From positions 1 to 40,454 of IMG/VR virus record IMGVR_UViG_3300044805_000038: a stretch of 40,454 nt of DNA; one strand, given 5' to 3'. The notes beneath the pieces were generated by a model. It was given only the letters and a program-made list of their open reading frames with translations. It was not told where the DNA came from and searched no databases. This document shows, in pieces, positions 33,050 through 40,454 of this stretch (its first letter is position 1; every line of letters starts with the position of its first letter). The position numbers were made by a program, and so were the translations under genes. The stretch comes from a virus (Duplodnaviria; Caudoviricetes).

Positions 33050-33286
33050 GTGTCAAAACGAGAATTCAATACGCCAATCCGGGAACCCTGGAACCCGTTA
33101 ATCAAACAGATGCTTGATGCTATCGATCGGCATGAGGACCTGTTGCGACGGACGGGTTGTGGGTGGCACGCTGCCAAAGCCCAAGACTTACGTCGCTACG
33201 TCGCAGAACTTAAAGATTGGATCCACTGCGAGGAGGCTACCACTTTGTCTTGTCAGCCCAATACGCAGCAGACATCTTGCCTTTAG
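33050..33286 (+). CDS. Hypothetical protein, antisense to the head operon
   Basis: REFNTPIREPWNPLI..AIDRH..WH..A..LRRYV.ELKDWI, ordered and protein-like; fills the gap. Confidence 0.6.
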   Translation: MSKREFNTPIREPWNPLIKQMLDAIDRHEDLLRRTGCGWHAAKAQDLRRYVAELKDWIHCEEATTLSCQPNTQQTSCL

Positions 33287-33509
33287 CAATGTTGGCAGCA
33301 TGACGTGCCTTAAAGCTGGCACGCCTTGCTGTTGCTGCTTTTGATTCACCTTGTCGCGGCGGGCTGCCACTAACGCCCTGCTGCCCAAACCGTATCAACT
33401 TGACCGTCTCGCCGTCTTTTGCAAGTACGGCATGGGACTTGGTTGGGTGGCTTGGCGTGCGCTTCGGCTTGTTGTAGCCGTCAAACTGCTCGCCGCGATA
33501 GGTGATCAT
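33237..33509 (-). CDS. Small basic phage protein (90 aa)
   Basis: KLIRFGQQG..RRASFKARH..SAAYWA.K.KW motif. Confidence 0.7.
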   Translation of the reverse strand: MITYRGEQFDGYNKPKRTPSHPTKSHAVLAKDGETVKLIRFGQQGVSGSPPRQGESKAATARRASFKARHAANIAKGKMSAAYWADKTKW

Positions 33510-33727
33510 CGACGGGGTGCTGCCTTCAGCTCCGAACGTTTTTTGATGACTGCGTTGCCAGTTGATTCAGATTTGATCCGAACGATTGGATCGTCCTGAC
33601 TGCCAACACGAGTAACACTGCCACCAGTGCGTGTAGCAATAGTGGCGCGTTCGCCGCCAATGCTGGTAATTACGCCAAAGGTGCGGGTGCCTTGGTACAT
33701 CCAACTCACCCTGTCACCGCGCTTCAC
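33506..33727 (-). CDS. Tudor/SH3-like protein (Hva1/DUF2945-like)
   Basis: KRGDRVSW..G.I..TR.GS.DDP..IKS..G..V.K..SEL. Confidence 0.65.
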   Translation of the reverse strand: MKRGDRVSWMYQGTRTFGVITSIGGERATIATRTGGSVTRVGSQDDPIVRIKSESTGNAVIKKRSELKAAPRR

Positions 33728-33822
33728 TTTTTCTTGCCTCCCTTTTTCTTTGTGCCCTTAGCCATCATGGGTTTGGCTTTGCCGCCACCCTTAGCTTTCA
33801 TGTCGCCGTAATGCCCAGGCAT
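33724..33822 (-). CDS. Tiny Lys-rich peptide (32 aa)
   Basis: Manual: MPGHYGDMKAKGGGKAKPMMAKGTKKKGGKKK; GTGA overlap with the next gene. Confidence 0.55.
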   Translation of the reverse strand: MPGHYGDMKAKGGGKAKPMMAKGTKKKGGKKK

Positions 33823-33848
33823 TGACTTAAAGCAATGACCCTTTCATG

Positions 33849-33995
33849 CTACTTAGCTTTCGGCTTGCGCTTCCGGCTTTTTCCTGCTTTTGCTAGGGCG
33901 ATTGCTACCGCTTGCTTTTGCGACTTGCCTGCCTTGATCTCCCGGCTGATGTTTTGGGAGATTACTGCCTGACTCTTGCCTCGCTTCAGGGGCAT
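33849..33995 (-). CDS. Small basic protein (48 aa)
   Basis: Manual: [48 protein letters not shown], a recognisable phage head-region family. Confidence 0.72.
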   Translation of the reverse strand: MPLKRGKSQAVISQNISREIKAGKSQKQAVAIALAKAGKSRKRKPKAK

Positions 33996-34143
33996 TGCTA
34001 GCAACCATCACGCCGGTTCTATCGTACCAACCGCCTGTGCCATCAGGTTGCTGGACGTACCGGATCTCAGCACCATTGCGCAGTTCAAACTCCGATGCCT
34101 TGCGCCCATCGGCGTAAGTGTATTTAAGAACGGGTTGGTCCAT
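33853..34143 (-). CDS. Hypothetical protein (N-terminal ~50 aa ordered; C-terminus overlaps the 48-aa gene)
   Basis: ORF track; the N-terminal half fills otherwise empty sequence. Confidence 0.45.
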   Translation of the reverse strand: MDQPVLKYTYADGRKASEFELRNGAEIRYVQQPDGTGGWYDRTGVMVASNAPEARQESGSNLPKHQPGDQGRQVAKASGSNRPSKSRKKPEAQAES

Positions 34144-35320
34144 AACGAGCCCGGAGCTGGTCCAAGGTTAGCTCTGTGCCATCTTTGCTAACCAGCTTTG
34201 CGATTGCAGCTTCTGGTCCATATTTGTTGGATAGTTTGTTGAAGTAAGCAACTTTGCTAGCGCCTAAGGCTTTTGCCTTGGTTGCAAGATCCTGCTCAGA
34301 TAACCACTTGCCGTAGCTGGTGTTAGCTGGCACCTGACCGCCTTGTGCAGCACGGCGTCCTGGCGGTGGTGGATCAAAGCCAAGCTCCTTGTAGTCAATC
34401 ACCGGCACAGTTGTACTGCGGCAGTTGAAGTGCTGCGGTGGGGTCGGTCCTTTGCCATACTCAAACACCTTGCCGTCTAACGCCCGGCAGATGGCACTTG
34501 TCCTGGTGTCAAGCGTGGCAACGTAGCGGTACTTTTTCGTGATGTCTTGGTTCGCCTCATACACCTGCTGGCTAGCGGCATTTGCTACCTGATTGATGCT
34601 GGTGCGGACTAGCGCGACGATTTGATTGTCGGCTATAGCTGTTGCCTGACCGCCTGCTGCTGCAATTTCCCTGACGGTCTTGGCACGTTCGCCAAACTGC
34701 AAACTGCCGATCAACCGTTTGGCAATGGCTGGCGTCGGTTCACCTGTCAGCAAGCCTTGCCGAACAACTTGGCTAAACCGCTCAGCCTGGTCCACCGCAA
34801 TGCCACGAAATGCCTTGCTAACGACCTCGCCGTTGGGCAGCGTGATGGTGGCACCTTGAGCAGCCGTGAGGCTGAATGTCTGTGGTGCGCCCTGTACTGC
34901 GGCAAAGAGATCATCGCTAAGTGCCACCACATTGAGCTGCGTGGGGTCTGTCGTCACAACACTCTGCGCAAACTGCGGGCTGATTTCTACCGTGTTGACA
35001 ATGTTGCGTGCGCCTGCGGGTAACGCCTTACGCAGCTCTTCCGATACAAACTCCGATTGCAACTGGGCTATACCCTGCAGCTCTAGCGCCGTCAGCTCTG
35101 TCGAATCTCCAGCCCAAGTGCCCAGACTATCCTTCAGTTGCGCCAAAATGCCACGCAGCCTTGCAGCCTTGACAGGTGCAGCAAGCTCATCAATCGTTCG
35201 TAACTGATTGACTGCATCAATAATGATGTCGTTATAAGCATTGATCACACGCCGAGCAACACTATTGCTAAAGCGATTCAGGTCAATCGCATTACGAAAC
35301 AGCGCCTCAGGTGTGCTCAT
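34124..35320 (-). CDS. Minor head morphogenesis protein (Mu F / SPP1 gp7-like)
   Basis: RT, YVATLDTRTSAICRALDG, PPQHFNCRSTTVP. Confidence 0.9.
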   Translation of the reverse strand: MSTPEALFRNAIDLNRFSNSVARRVINAYNDIIIDAVNQLRTIDELAAPVKAARLRGILAQLKDSLGTWAGDSTELTALELQGIAQLQSEFVSEELRKALPAGARNIVNTVEISPQFAQSVVTTDPTQLNVVALSDDLFAAVQGAPQTFSLTAAQGATITLPNGEVVSKAFRGIAVDQAERFSQVVRQGLLTGEPTPAIAKRLIGSLQFGERAKTVREIAAAGGQATAIADNQIVALVRTSINQVANAASQQVYEANQDITKKYRYVATLDTRTSAICRALDGKVFEYGKGPTPPQHFNCRSTTVPVIDYKELGFDPPPPGRRAAQGGQVPANTSYGKWLSEQDLATKAKALGASKVAYFNKLSNKYGPEAAIAKLVSKDGTELTLDQLRARYGPTRS

Positions 35321-35655
35321 GGCTCAATGCCAAGCTGACTGGGCTTATACTGCGACCGGATACTAACGTTTGCGCCACGCGTCAAGGCGCCGGTAACTGT
35401 AGAAGCAAAGGCGTTGTAACCATCTTGCCCATCTTCCAAAATCACCATTTCATCTACTTCAGCAGGTTTGCCGTCTTTGTAATACGTCATCCGTACAACT
35501 GCCAAAATCTCTTCCGGCAGTTTGCCCATCGTGTAATCAAGCTCCTGCTTCCTCGGCGGTATCTGCATCTTCTGGGTCTTCGCTTCCAGCATTATCGCCC
35601 AGTCCACCAACCAATCGATCAGCCTGTTCAGCAGATTGTAAATCCAGCCCGCCAT
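35317..35655 (-). CDS. Hypothetical protein; start uncertain
   Basis: ATGA-coupled to the minor head gene; the 5' part overlaps the acidic tail of portal. Confidence 0.55.
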   Translation of the reverse strand: MAGWIYNLLNRLIDWLVDWAIMLEAKTQKMQIPPRKQELDYTMGKLPEEILAVVRMTYYKDGKPAEVDEMVILEDGQDGYNAFASTVTGALTRGANVSIRSQYKPSQLGIEP

Positions 35656-37000
35656 TAGAAGTTGCCTCCAGTTCCTCGTCCACATCAAAATTATCGCCAA
35701 GGACATCGCCCTCGGCTAGCTCACGCAGGAGGGTTTCTTGGCTGATGGTGCCAGCGGTGTAAAGCGATAGCAGAGCTTGGATGTCCTGCGGTTCAAGGCG
35801 TGCGCCAAGGAAGTCACGGTTAACGTAGGAGCTGCCGGCAGCGGTGGCATTGCCGATGAACTGCGCATGAAACTGCAGGCAGTTATCAATGAGGTCCTGC
35901 ACGTTCTGTGCAATCACCATCATGGTGCTGTCACCCTGGCTACGGTCAAGCCGCTTCGCTTCTGCAGTTTCGGCGCTGAGCTTCTGCCCCAAGACTGCTG
36001 ACAGCCCTAGTTCGTTGATCTGCCCTGCCAGTTGCTCTAAGCGGCGGAACTGCGCCTCAAAGCTCTTGCCCTGCGGTTCGATGTACTCCGCACGACCATC
36101 AGCAGGAAATGCAATCGCCTCACCAGGACCGGCGCTTACTTCCTCTGCAGCAGACGGGAAGCCATAAAACGCCAGCATCGGCACGGCGCTGATGTGCAGT
36201 TGGTTGTCTAGGTCTGACTGGATCTGGTAGGTCTTGAGGTTTAGCTCGGCAATGTCCTCAAGCGGTGGGCGCGATTCCAGGAACCCATGCCGCTGGGCGT
36301 AAGCAACGCTGAACGGGATCTGGGACAAGCTGGTCCGTCCTTCGTCTACCACGCTGAAATCGCCGGTAGCATTCTGCCGATGCAACTGGTACTCACCAGG
36401 CGTTAGCACCCGCACCTGCTGCACTTCTTTCTCGCCGTAGATGCCGTCAGGAATCGTCACAATCTCTGACAACCTGAGCTGCGTCAGGACTTGTTTGCCT
36501 TCCTGTTGTTCAGTGCGCCAGCCAAGGATCTGCCGTGGCGTGTACGTCACCCAGTAAGGTCTACCCCCATCAGACGGTGCATCCACCAAGACACCAACGT
36601 GCCCATAACGGACCATCTTGCGGGCTGTTTCATAAGTCCAGACGTTGAGGTCATTGCCTTGCAGGTCAACGTCAAACAACTGCTCACGGATGATGTCGGC
36701 AGTGTCGTCAAGCCGCACGGGCTTACGGGTTAGCATCCCAGCCATCATGCGCTCAAGGCGCTGATAAAAGGGCGGCACCACGCTACGAGCTAGGCGGTTG
36801 TCATAGGACTCGTCCAGCTCGCGTGGTTCCTGCGGCAGGTAACGGCGATGCTTTTTGCGCATCCCGTAAGTGCCCTGCAGTAGATCCTCTATCAATATCC
36901 AGTGAGGTTCCTGCGCGAACCATGCCGTGTTCGGATCGGTGACTTGCGTGACAGTCCGCTGAGCTAGCGGGCGGTCGTAAAAGTTGTATCCGCTATACAC
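35537..37000 (-). CDS. Portal protein (DUF4055-like)
   Basis: YLPQEPRE..Y..RL.R, DVDLQGNDL, YGHVGVLVD, PPLEDIAELN; follows terL. Confidence 0.88.
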   Translation of the reverse strand: MYSGYNFYDRPLAQRTVTQVTDPNTAWFAQEPHWILIEDLLQGTYGMRKKHRRYLPQEPRELDESYDNRLARSVVPPFYQRLERMMAGMLTRKPVRLDDTADIIREQLFDVDLQGNDLNVWTYETARKMVRYGHVGVLVDAPSDGGRPYWVTYTPRQILGWRTEQQEGKQVLTQLRLSEIVTIPDGIYGEKEVQQVRVLTPGEYQLHRQNATGDFSVVDEGRTSLSQIPFSVAYAQRHGFLESRPPLEDIAELNLKTYQIQSDLDNQLHISAVPMLAFYGFPSAAEEVSAGPGEAIAFPADGRAEYIEPQGKSFEAQFRRLEQLAGQINELGLSAVLGQKLSAETAEAKRLDRSQGDSTMMVIAQNVQDLIDNCLQFHAQFIGNATAAGSSYVNRDFLGARLEPQDIQALLSLYTAGTISQETLLRELAEGDVLGDNFDVDEELEATSNGGLDLQSAEQADRLVGGLGDNAGSEDPEDADTAEEAGA

Positions 37001-37029
37001 AGCTTGATACGCGCAGGCTTTGGCTCAGT

Positions 37030-37347
37030 TTAAGCAGCAGTAAGCGTTACGGACTTGCGACCAATTTTGATCTCAAATTCGTCGCCGGGCTTAAAACCCA
37101 TCTCCTGCACGTAACCCTCACCGATGGAGAGCTTACCGTTGAACTGCACCTTGGTCTTATAGGTCAGGCTACGACCGCGCTTGCCAGGCACGTTCATCTG
37201 CAGCCCCTTGGCTTCAAGGAGCGCCTCATAAAACTGAGTGAAGCATACCTTGTCATTTTTAACGTAACCACATTCACGAACGAGGTCTGATTTATTCAGA
37301 TCGCTCAGCTCTTTTACTTTGTTGATGAGATCTTGACCGACGAGCAT
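37030..37347 (-). CDS. Cyanobacterial AbrB-like (cyAbrB) transcription regulator
   Basis: L.G..L..KVKEL..KSDLVRECGY..FYEALLEAKG..GR..Y..KVQFNG.L.IG..Y..M..KPGDEFEIKIGRK, collinear with cyAbrB proteins. Confidence 0.88.
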   Translation of the reverse strand: MLVGQDLINKVKELSDLNKSDLVRECGYVKNDKVCFTQFYEALLEAKGLQMNVPGKRGRSLTYKTKVQFNGKLSIGEGYVQEMGFKPGDEFEIKIGRKSVTLTAA

Positions 37348-37411
37348 GAGTAGGCTCAAAGGTGGGCATTTGCGACCATAGCTTAAAAAGCCAGTATCTG
37401 CAACCCAGCCG

Positions 37412-38761
37412 TCAGTAAAGTCTGATGCCCGTGCTGCGTCCTGCACCAGCGTGCAGCGGGTTGAACTCACGCCAGACCAAGTACCCCAAGGCGTCGTTCA
37501 TGTGGTCAAAGCCTGCATCCTTGTCAGGCTCTCCCTTGTCTGTGTAGCACTGCAGCTCCAAGCACTCAGTCAGTCTCTTGCATTGAGGCGCGACCTGTAG
37601 TCGGACTTGCCCTTTGCCGTTTTCCAGCAGAGCCTGAACAGCAGCCACCCGATCACGAACAAGAGGATTAGCCCTGGGTGATTGGTTGGACATGCCATAG
37701 GACTCAAGGATTGCAATGTCGGTCTGCGTTGCATTGGTGCTGCGATTAGCGCCGCTGGCGTCTGGGTAGATGTAAATACGGCGATCCGCGTATCGACGAC
37801 GGATCTCGGCAGCCAGCGCGTCGGTGTCATGGGCGCCGGAGATCTCGTCGATGATCAGCAGGCCATTGCCAATGCGAACGCCGATCACTGCACTCATGTT
37901 GCCGACGTTGAAGTCAATGCCAATGCGGATTGGTTCGCGGTCAGTATCAGGCAGGTCAGGTTGTACGTGCTTGGTGCGGTCGAAGCGGTCATAAACCTGC
38001 CCGGTGGTGAGGTTGACGAACTCACCGTCTAAATATGCACGCAGCAAGCTGGGGTCGTAGTTGGCTTCAAGACGCTCAATAAAGTCGGGCGGCAGGTGGG
38101 GATTATCAGCGGTGCGCATCTTGATCAGATGCCGATCAGGTCTTGCCCTTGCGTCATCACTGCCAAAGGTATTCCACATCCAGCGGAAGCCTTCAGGTGT
38201 TGACGCTGCGCCAAACTGCCTGACGTTGCCAGAACGCAAGCGACCAAGGATTTTAGGAAATGCCTTGTTGGCAATGCTTGGTGTGACAGTATCGATTTCG
38301 TCAGCCAAGACCCATGCAAGGTTCAAGCCGATGATGCGTGACCAGTTCTCAAATGATCGGCACAGGATTTTGGTATCACCGCCTGGCAGGTGCAGCATGT
38401 ACTCAGGCAACGGAGACGCCCTGAAGGTGTAAGGGATCTCGTATGACTCAAGGAATTGCTCGAAGTCGTTCTGCCAAATGTCACGGATCAATGGTCCGGT
38501 TGGTTCCATGACCAGACCGATGAAGCCTTGATTAGCAGCGGCAAGGGTTACAGCCTTGGCACATAGCGCACGGGTCTTGCCAGCACCGTAACCAGCAGAG
38601 ATGCCAAGGATCTGAGTGCTGCTGTCGTCTACGAAGGCAAGCTGCCCTGGGTGCAGGTCGTTACGGATGCGCGCAAGAAGCTCTGTGGTGTCCTGCTGCG
38701 TAGCTACATCCATGAAGCCCAGCAGTTTGCCGGGCTCACAGATGCCAGTAATCAGGCTCAC
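37412..38761 (-). CDS. terL: Terminase large subunit
   Basis: Walker A GYGAGKT, Walker B WVLADE, ASTPEG, nuclease GIDFN, DHMNDALGY. Confidence 0.95.
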   Translation of the reverse strand: MSLITGICEPGKLLGFMDVATQQDTTELLARIRNDLHPGQLAFVDDSSTQILGISAGYGAGKTRALCAKAVTLAAANQGFIGLVMEPTGPLIRDIWQNDFEQFLESYEIPYTFRASPLPEYMLHLPGGDTKILCRSFENWSRIIGLNLAWVLADEIDTVTPSIANKAFPKILGRLRSGNVRQFGAASTPEGFRWMWNTFGSDDARARPDRHLIKMRTADNPHLPPDFIERLEANYDPSLLRAYLDGEFVNLTTGQVYDRFDRTKHVQPDLPDTDREPIRIGIDFNVGNMSAVIGVRIGNGLLIIDEISGAHDTDALAAEIRRRYADRRIYIYPDASGANRSTNATQTDIAILESYGMSNQSPRANPLVRDRVAAVQALLENGKGQVRLQVAPQCKRLTECLELQCYTDKGEPDKDAGFDHMNDALGYLVWREFNPLHAGAGRSTGIRLY

Positions 38762-38886
38762 ACTGGGCGGTTGATGACGGTTTTTACCGTGCCATCAGCA
38801 TTGACCGCGATAACCTTGTGAATGCGTGGTTCGTTGCCCTTGGGCTTGAGCATACGACCCACAGCAGTGACCTCAGGCTTCGTCAT
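38758..38886 (-). CDS. Small protein (42 aa) coupled to terL
   Basis: Manual: MTKPEVTAVGRMLKPKGNEPRIHKVIAVNADGTVKTVINRPV; GTGA overlap with terL. Confidence 0.55.
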   Translation of the reverse strand: MTKPEVTAVGRMLKPKGNEPRIHKVIAVNADGTVKTVINRPV

Positions 38887-39022
38887 CGTCCTCGTCCTCG
38901 TTTAGGAGCATATCAAGAGCCAAACGCTGTTGAGTGAATTGAAGGACACCGAGCAAGTCGATGACCGTCAGGTCGCTGTGTTCTTCAATGAGAGAGTCTA
39001 GACCTAGCAGGAAGGCTTCCAT
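38873..39022 (-). CDS. Small highly acidic protein (49 aa)
   Basis: Manual: MEAFLLGLDSLIEEHSDLTVIDLLGVLQFTQQRLALDMLLNEDEDDDEA. Confidence 0.6.
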   Translation of the reverse strand: MEAFLLGLDSLIEEHSDLTVIDLLGVLQFTQQRLALDMLLNEDEDDDEA

Positions 39023-39047
39023 GGCTAAGGGTATGGTCGGCGTGAGT

Positions 39048-40229
39048 CTACCTCATGCCGCGTGGTTTGCGGAATCCTTTAGTTGATAAGCCTCTGTTGC
39101 CTCTGTCACGCAGCACAGACTGAGCTGCTGCTTTTGGATTTTGATAGAACGACAGTGCCCTTGAACCCATTTTTTTACTGCGTTGTTGCTTTTTGGGATT
39201 TCCTATGCGCCTACCAAATTGATCACGGATTGGTTTTTGAGCTAACGCTAGTGCCTTGCCTTGACGACGAGCTGCTCTAGAGGGAGCGGCAAGCCTTGAG
39301 GCTGGCGCCCTAAAAGCCGTAGATGTTCGGCTTTGCCCAAAACGACCAACAGTGCTATCTGATATTTCTGGGCGACGTGCGCCTTGATATGTAGCCATTG
39401 CCTTTGCCCTTACCTGAGTCGTCCGCCGCGCTTTTTTGTCATCTCCTGGTCTTGACAATGCGCCAGCTCGATTAACTTTGCGCTTGAATGCCTCTCTTCT
39501 GTTAACAACGTTGCGAATATCTTTATTTTGACTAATTGTGCCTGATGGTTTTGAACCAACAGCCCTGCGTGCTCTGTCTTTGGTTTGCACCGGGAATTGA
39601 GCGCGAATTCCCCTGCGCTGCATTAACATTGTTTGTGTTAAATTGCTTGCCTTGTCAAGTTCTTTGCCTATTGCTTGTCTTGTTTGCAGGGACTTATTAC
39701 CCTTAAACAAAGAACTTCTAATTCTGTTTTCGCGTTCGTATGCTTGTTCGAATTTCCTTGTTGCCGCCCTAACAGCTTTCTTGGCGGGATTAAGACGTGA
39801 GCCCAGTCTTGAGGCAGTTGCGGCAGGCTTGGGTGCTGCTGGTTTGTTCGCCCGGAGCTGCGTTCTAGCTGCGTTATAAGCCTCACGTTGCCCGGGCTTA
39901 CCAGGACGTGTCAAGCCCATATTCAGCCTTGCCTTGCTGGTTTTGCCAATAGTGCTTTTCAGCGGTGCGCCAGTCAGGCGACCCTGTGACACCATTCCAG
40001 CCTTGCTGGTCACCGTTGCCCGCAGGTTGCCTGCTGCAGTTCTGATACGTCCGCCCCTTGCAGTAGCACCACTGCCGCCAACGCTCGTGATGCGTCCAGC
40101 ATTGTCACGAGTCAGGCGGTTAACGCCACGTTGCACCTGACGAGGAGCTGGGCGGCTTTTGCCACCCCCACCACCACCACCGCTACCTGAGAAGCGGCCA
40201 CGGCTATCGCGTTTGTAGGTGCGTGCCAT
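39048..40229 (-). CDS. Very basic, low-complexity Arg/Lys/Ala/Gly-rich protein (393 aa)
   Basis: Roughly a quarter R+K, about 17 D/E, no Cys or Trp; RDxxGR motif three times. Confidence 0.75.
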   Translation of the reverse strand: MARTYKRDSRGRFSGSGGGGGGGKSRPAPRQVQRGVNRLTRDNAGRITSVGGSGATARGGRIRTAAGNLRATVTSKAGMVSQGRLTGAPLKSTIGKTSKARLNMGLTRPGKPGQREAYNAARTQLRANKPAAPKPAATASRLGSRLNPAKKAVRAATRKFEQAYERENRIRSSLFKGNKSLQTRQAIGKELDKASNLTQTMLMQRRGIRAQFPVQTKDRARRAVGSKPSGTISQNKDIRNVVNRREAFKRKVNRAGALSRPGDDKKARRTTQVRAKAMATYQGARRPEISDSTVGRFGQSRTSTAFRAPASRLAAPSRAARRQGKALALAQKPIRDQFGRRIGNPKKQQRSKKMGSRALSFYQNPKAAAQSVLRDRGNRGLSTKGFRKPRGMR

Positions 40230-40265
40230 TACGCAGTTGATGCACTATGCCGGCAGTGTAACGAC

Positions 40266-40299
40266 TCAGGACATTTCAAACCGAAGGAGTTTGGCTTGT
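40266..40299 (-). pseudogene. Orphan duplicate of the terS 3' end (QAKLLRFEMS*)
   Basis: 32/34 identical to 485-518; both differences are synonymous. Confidence 0.8.
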
Positions 40300-40327
40300 C
40301 TGCGATGAGGCTCATGGATTTGCGGCT

Positions 40328-40454
40328 GCAATAGCCGCTGGCAAATCATTGCGTAGCCAATACGCAAACTCGTCTGCGGTTCGGTCGCCCTTGAGCAGGT
40401 TGATTGATTTATGGCACCAAACCAAATTGTCTGGATGGTAGACATTGCTTGGAC
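40328..40454. repeat. Terminal direct repeat (copy 2)
   Basis: Identical to 1-127. Confidence 0.93.

Noticed and set aside
40328-40454. 127-bp terminal repeat as a biological DTR
   Set aside because: The length equals a common assembler k-mer and the repeat falls in the middle of the HNH gene, so it is best read as a circularisation overlap.
1-40454. tRNA/rRNA genes, attP, photosynthesis genes, DNA polymerase
   Set aside because: None were recognised by eye; tRNAscan-SE and HMM searches would be needed to exclude them formally.

Overview
The window is a complete, circularly permuted tailed-phage genome of about 40,327 bp; positions 1-127 repeat exactly at 40328-40454, most likely an assembly overlap. 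It has a lambda-like siphovirus tail (two tube paralogs, G/GT frameshift chaperone, tape measure, M/L/K/I/J, two fibres). A cyanobacterial-type sigma factor and a cyAbrB-like regulator point to a picocyanobacterial host (inference). The early region carries an O-like replication initiator with an internal iteron origin, a PD-(D/E)XK nuclease, RusA, a Sak-like annealase and SSB. The most striking signal is at 13393-16843. A short tyrosine recombinase sits behind a series of TAG-N9-CTA inverted-repeat sites, which fall in one reading phase at the module junctions of the long tail fibre and also bracket a downstream PAPS-reductase-like gene. This is a candidate recombinase-driven fibre-module and gene-cassette exchange system. 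Also notable: an HNH gene flanked by a duplicated terS 3' end, a candidate antisense RNA over the rep leader, a nested multi-stem ncRNA candidate, an inverted endolysin, CUGUG-loop hairpins at head genes, and a 393-aa very basic protein paired with a tiny acidic ORF. All calls were made by eye; no searches were run.
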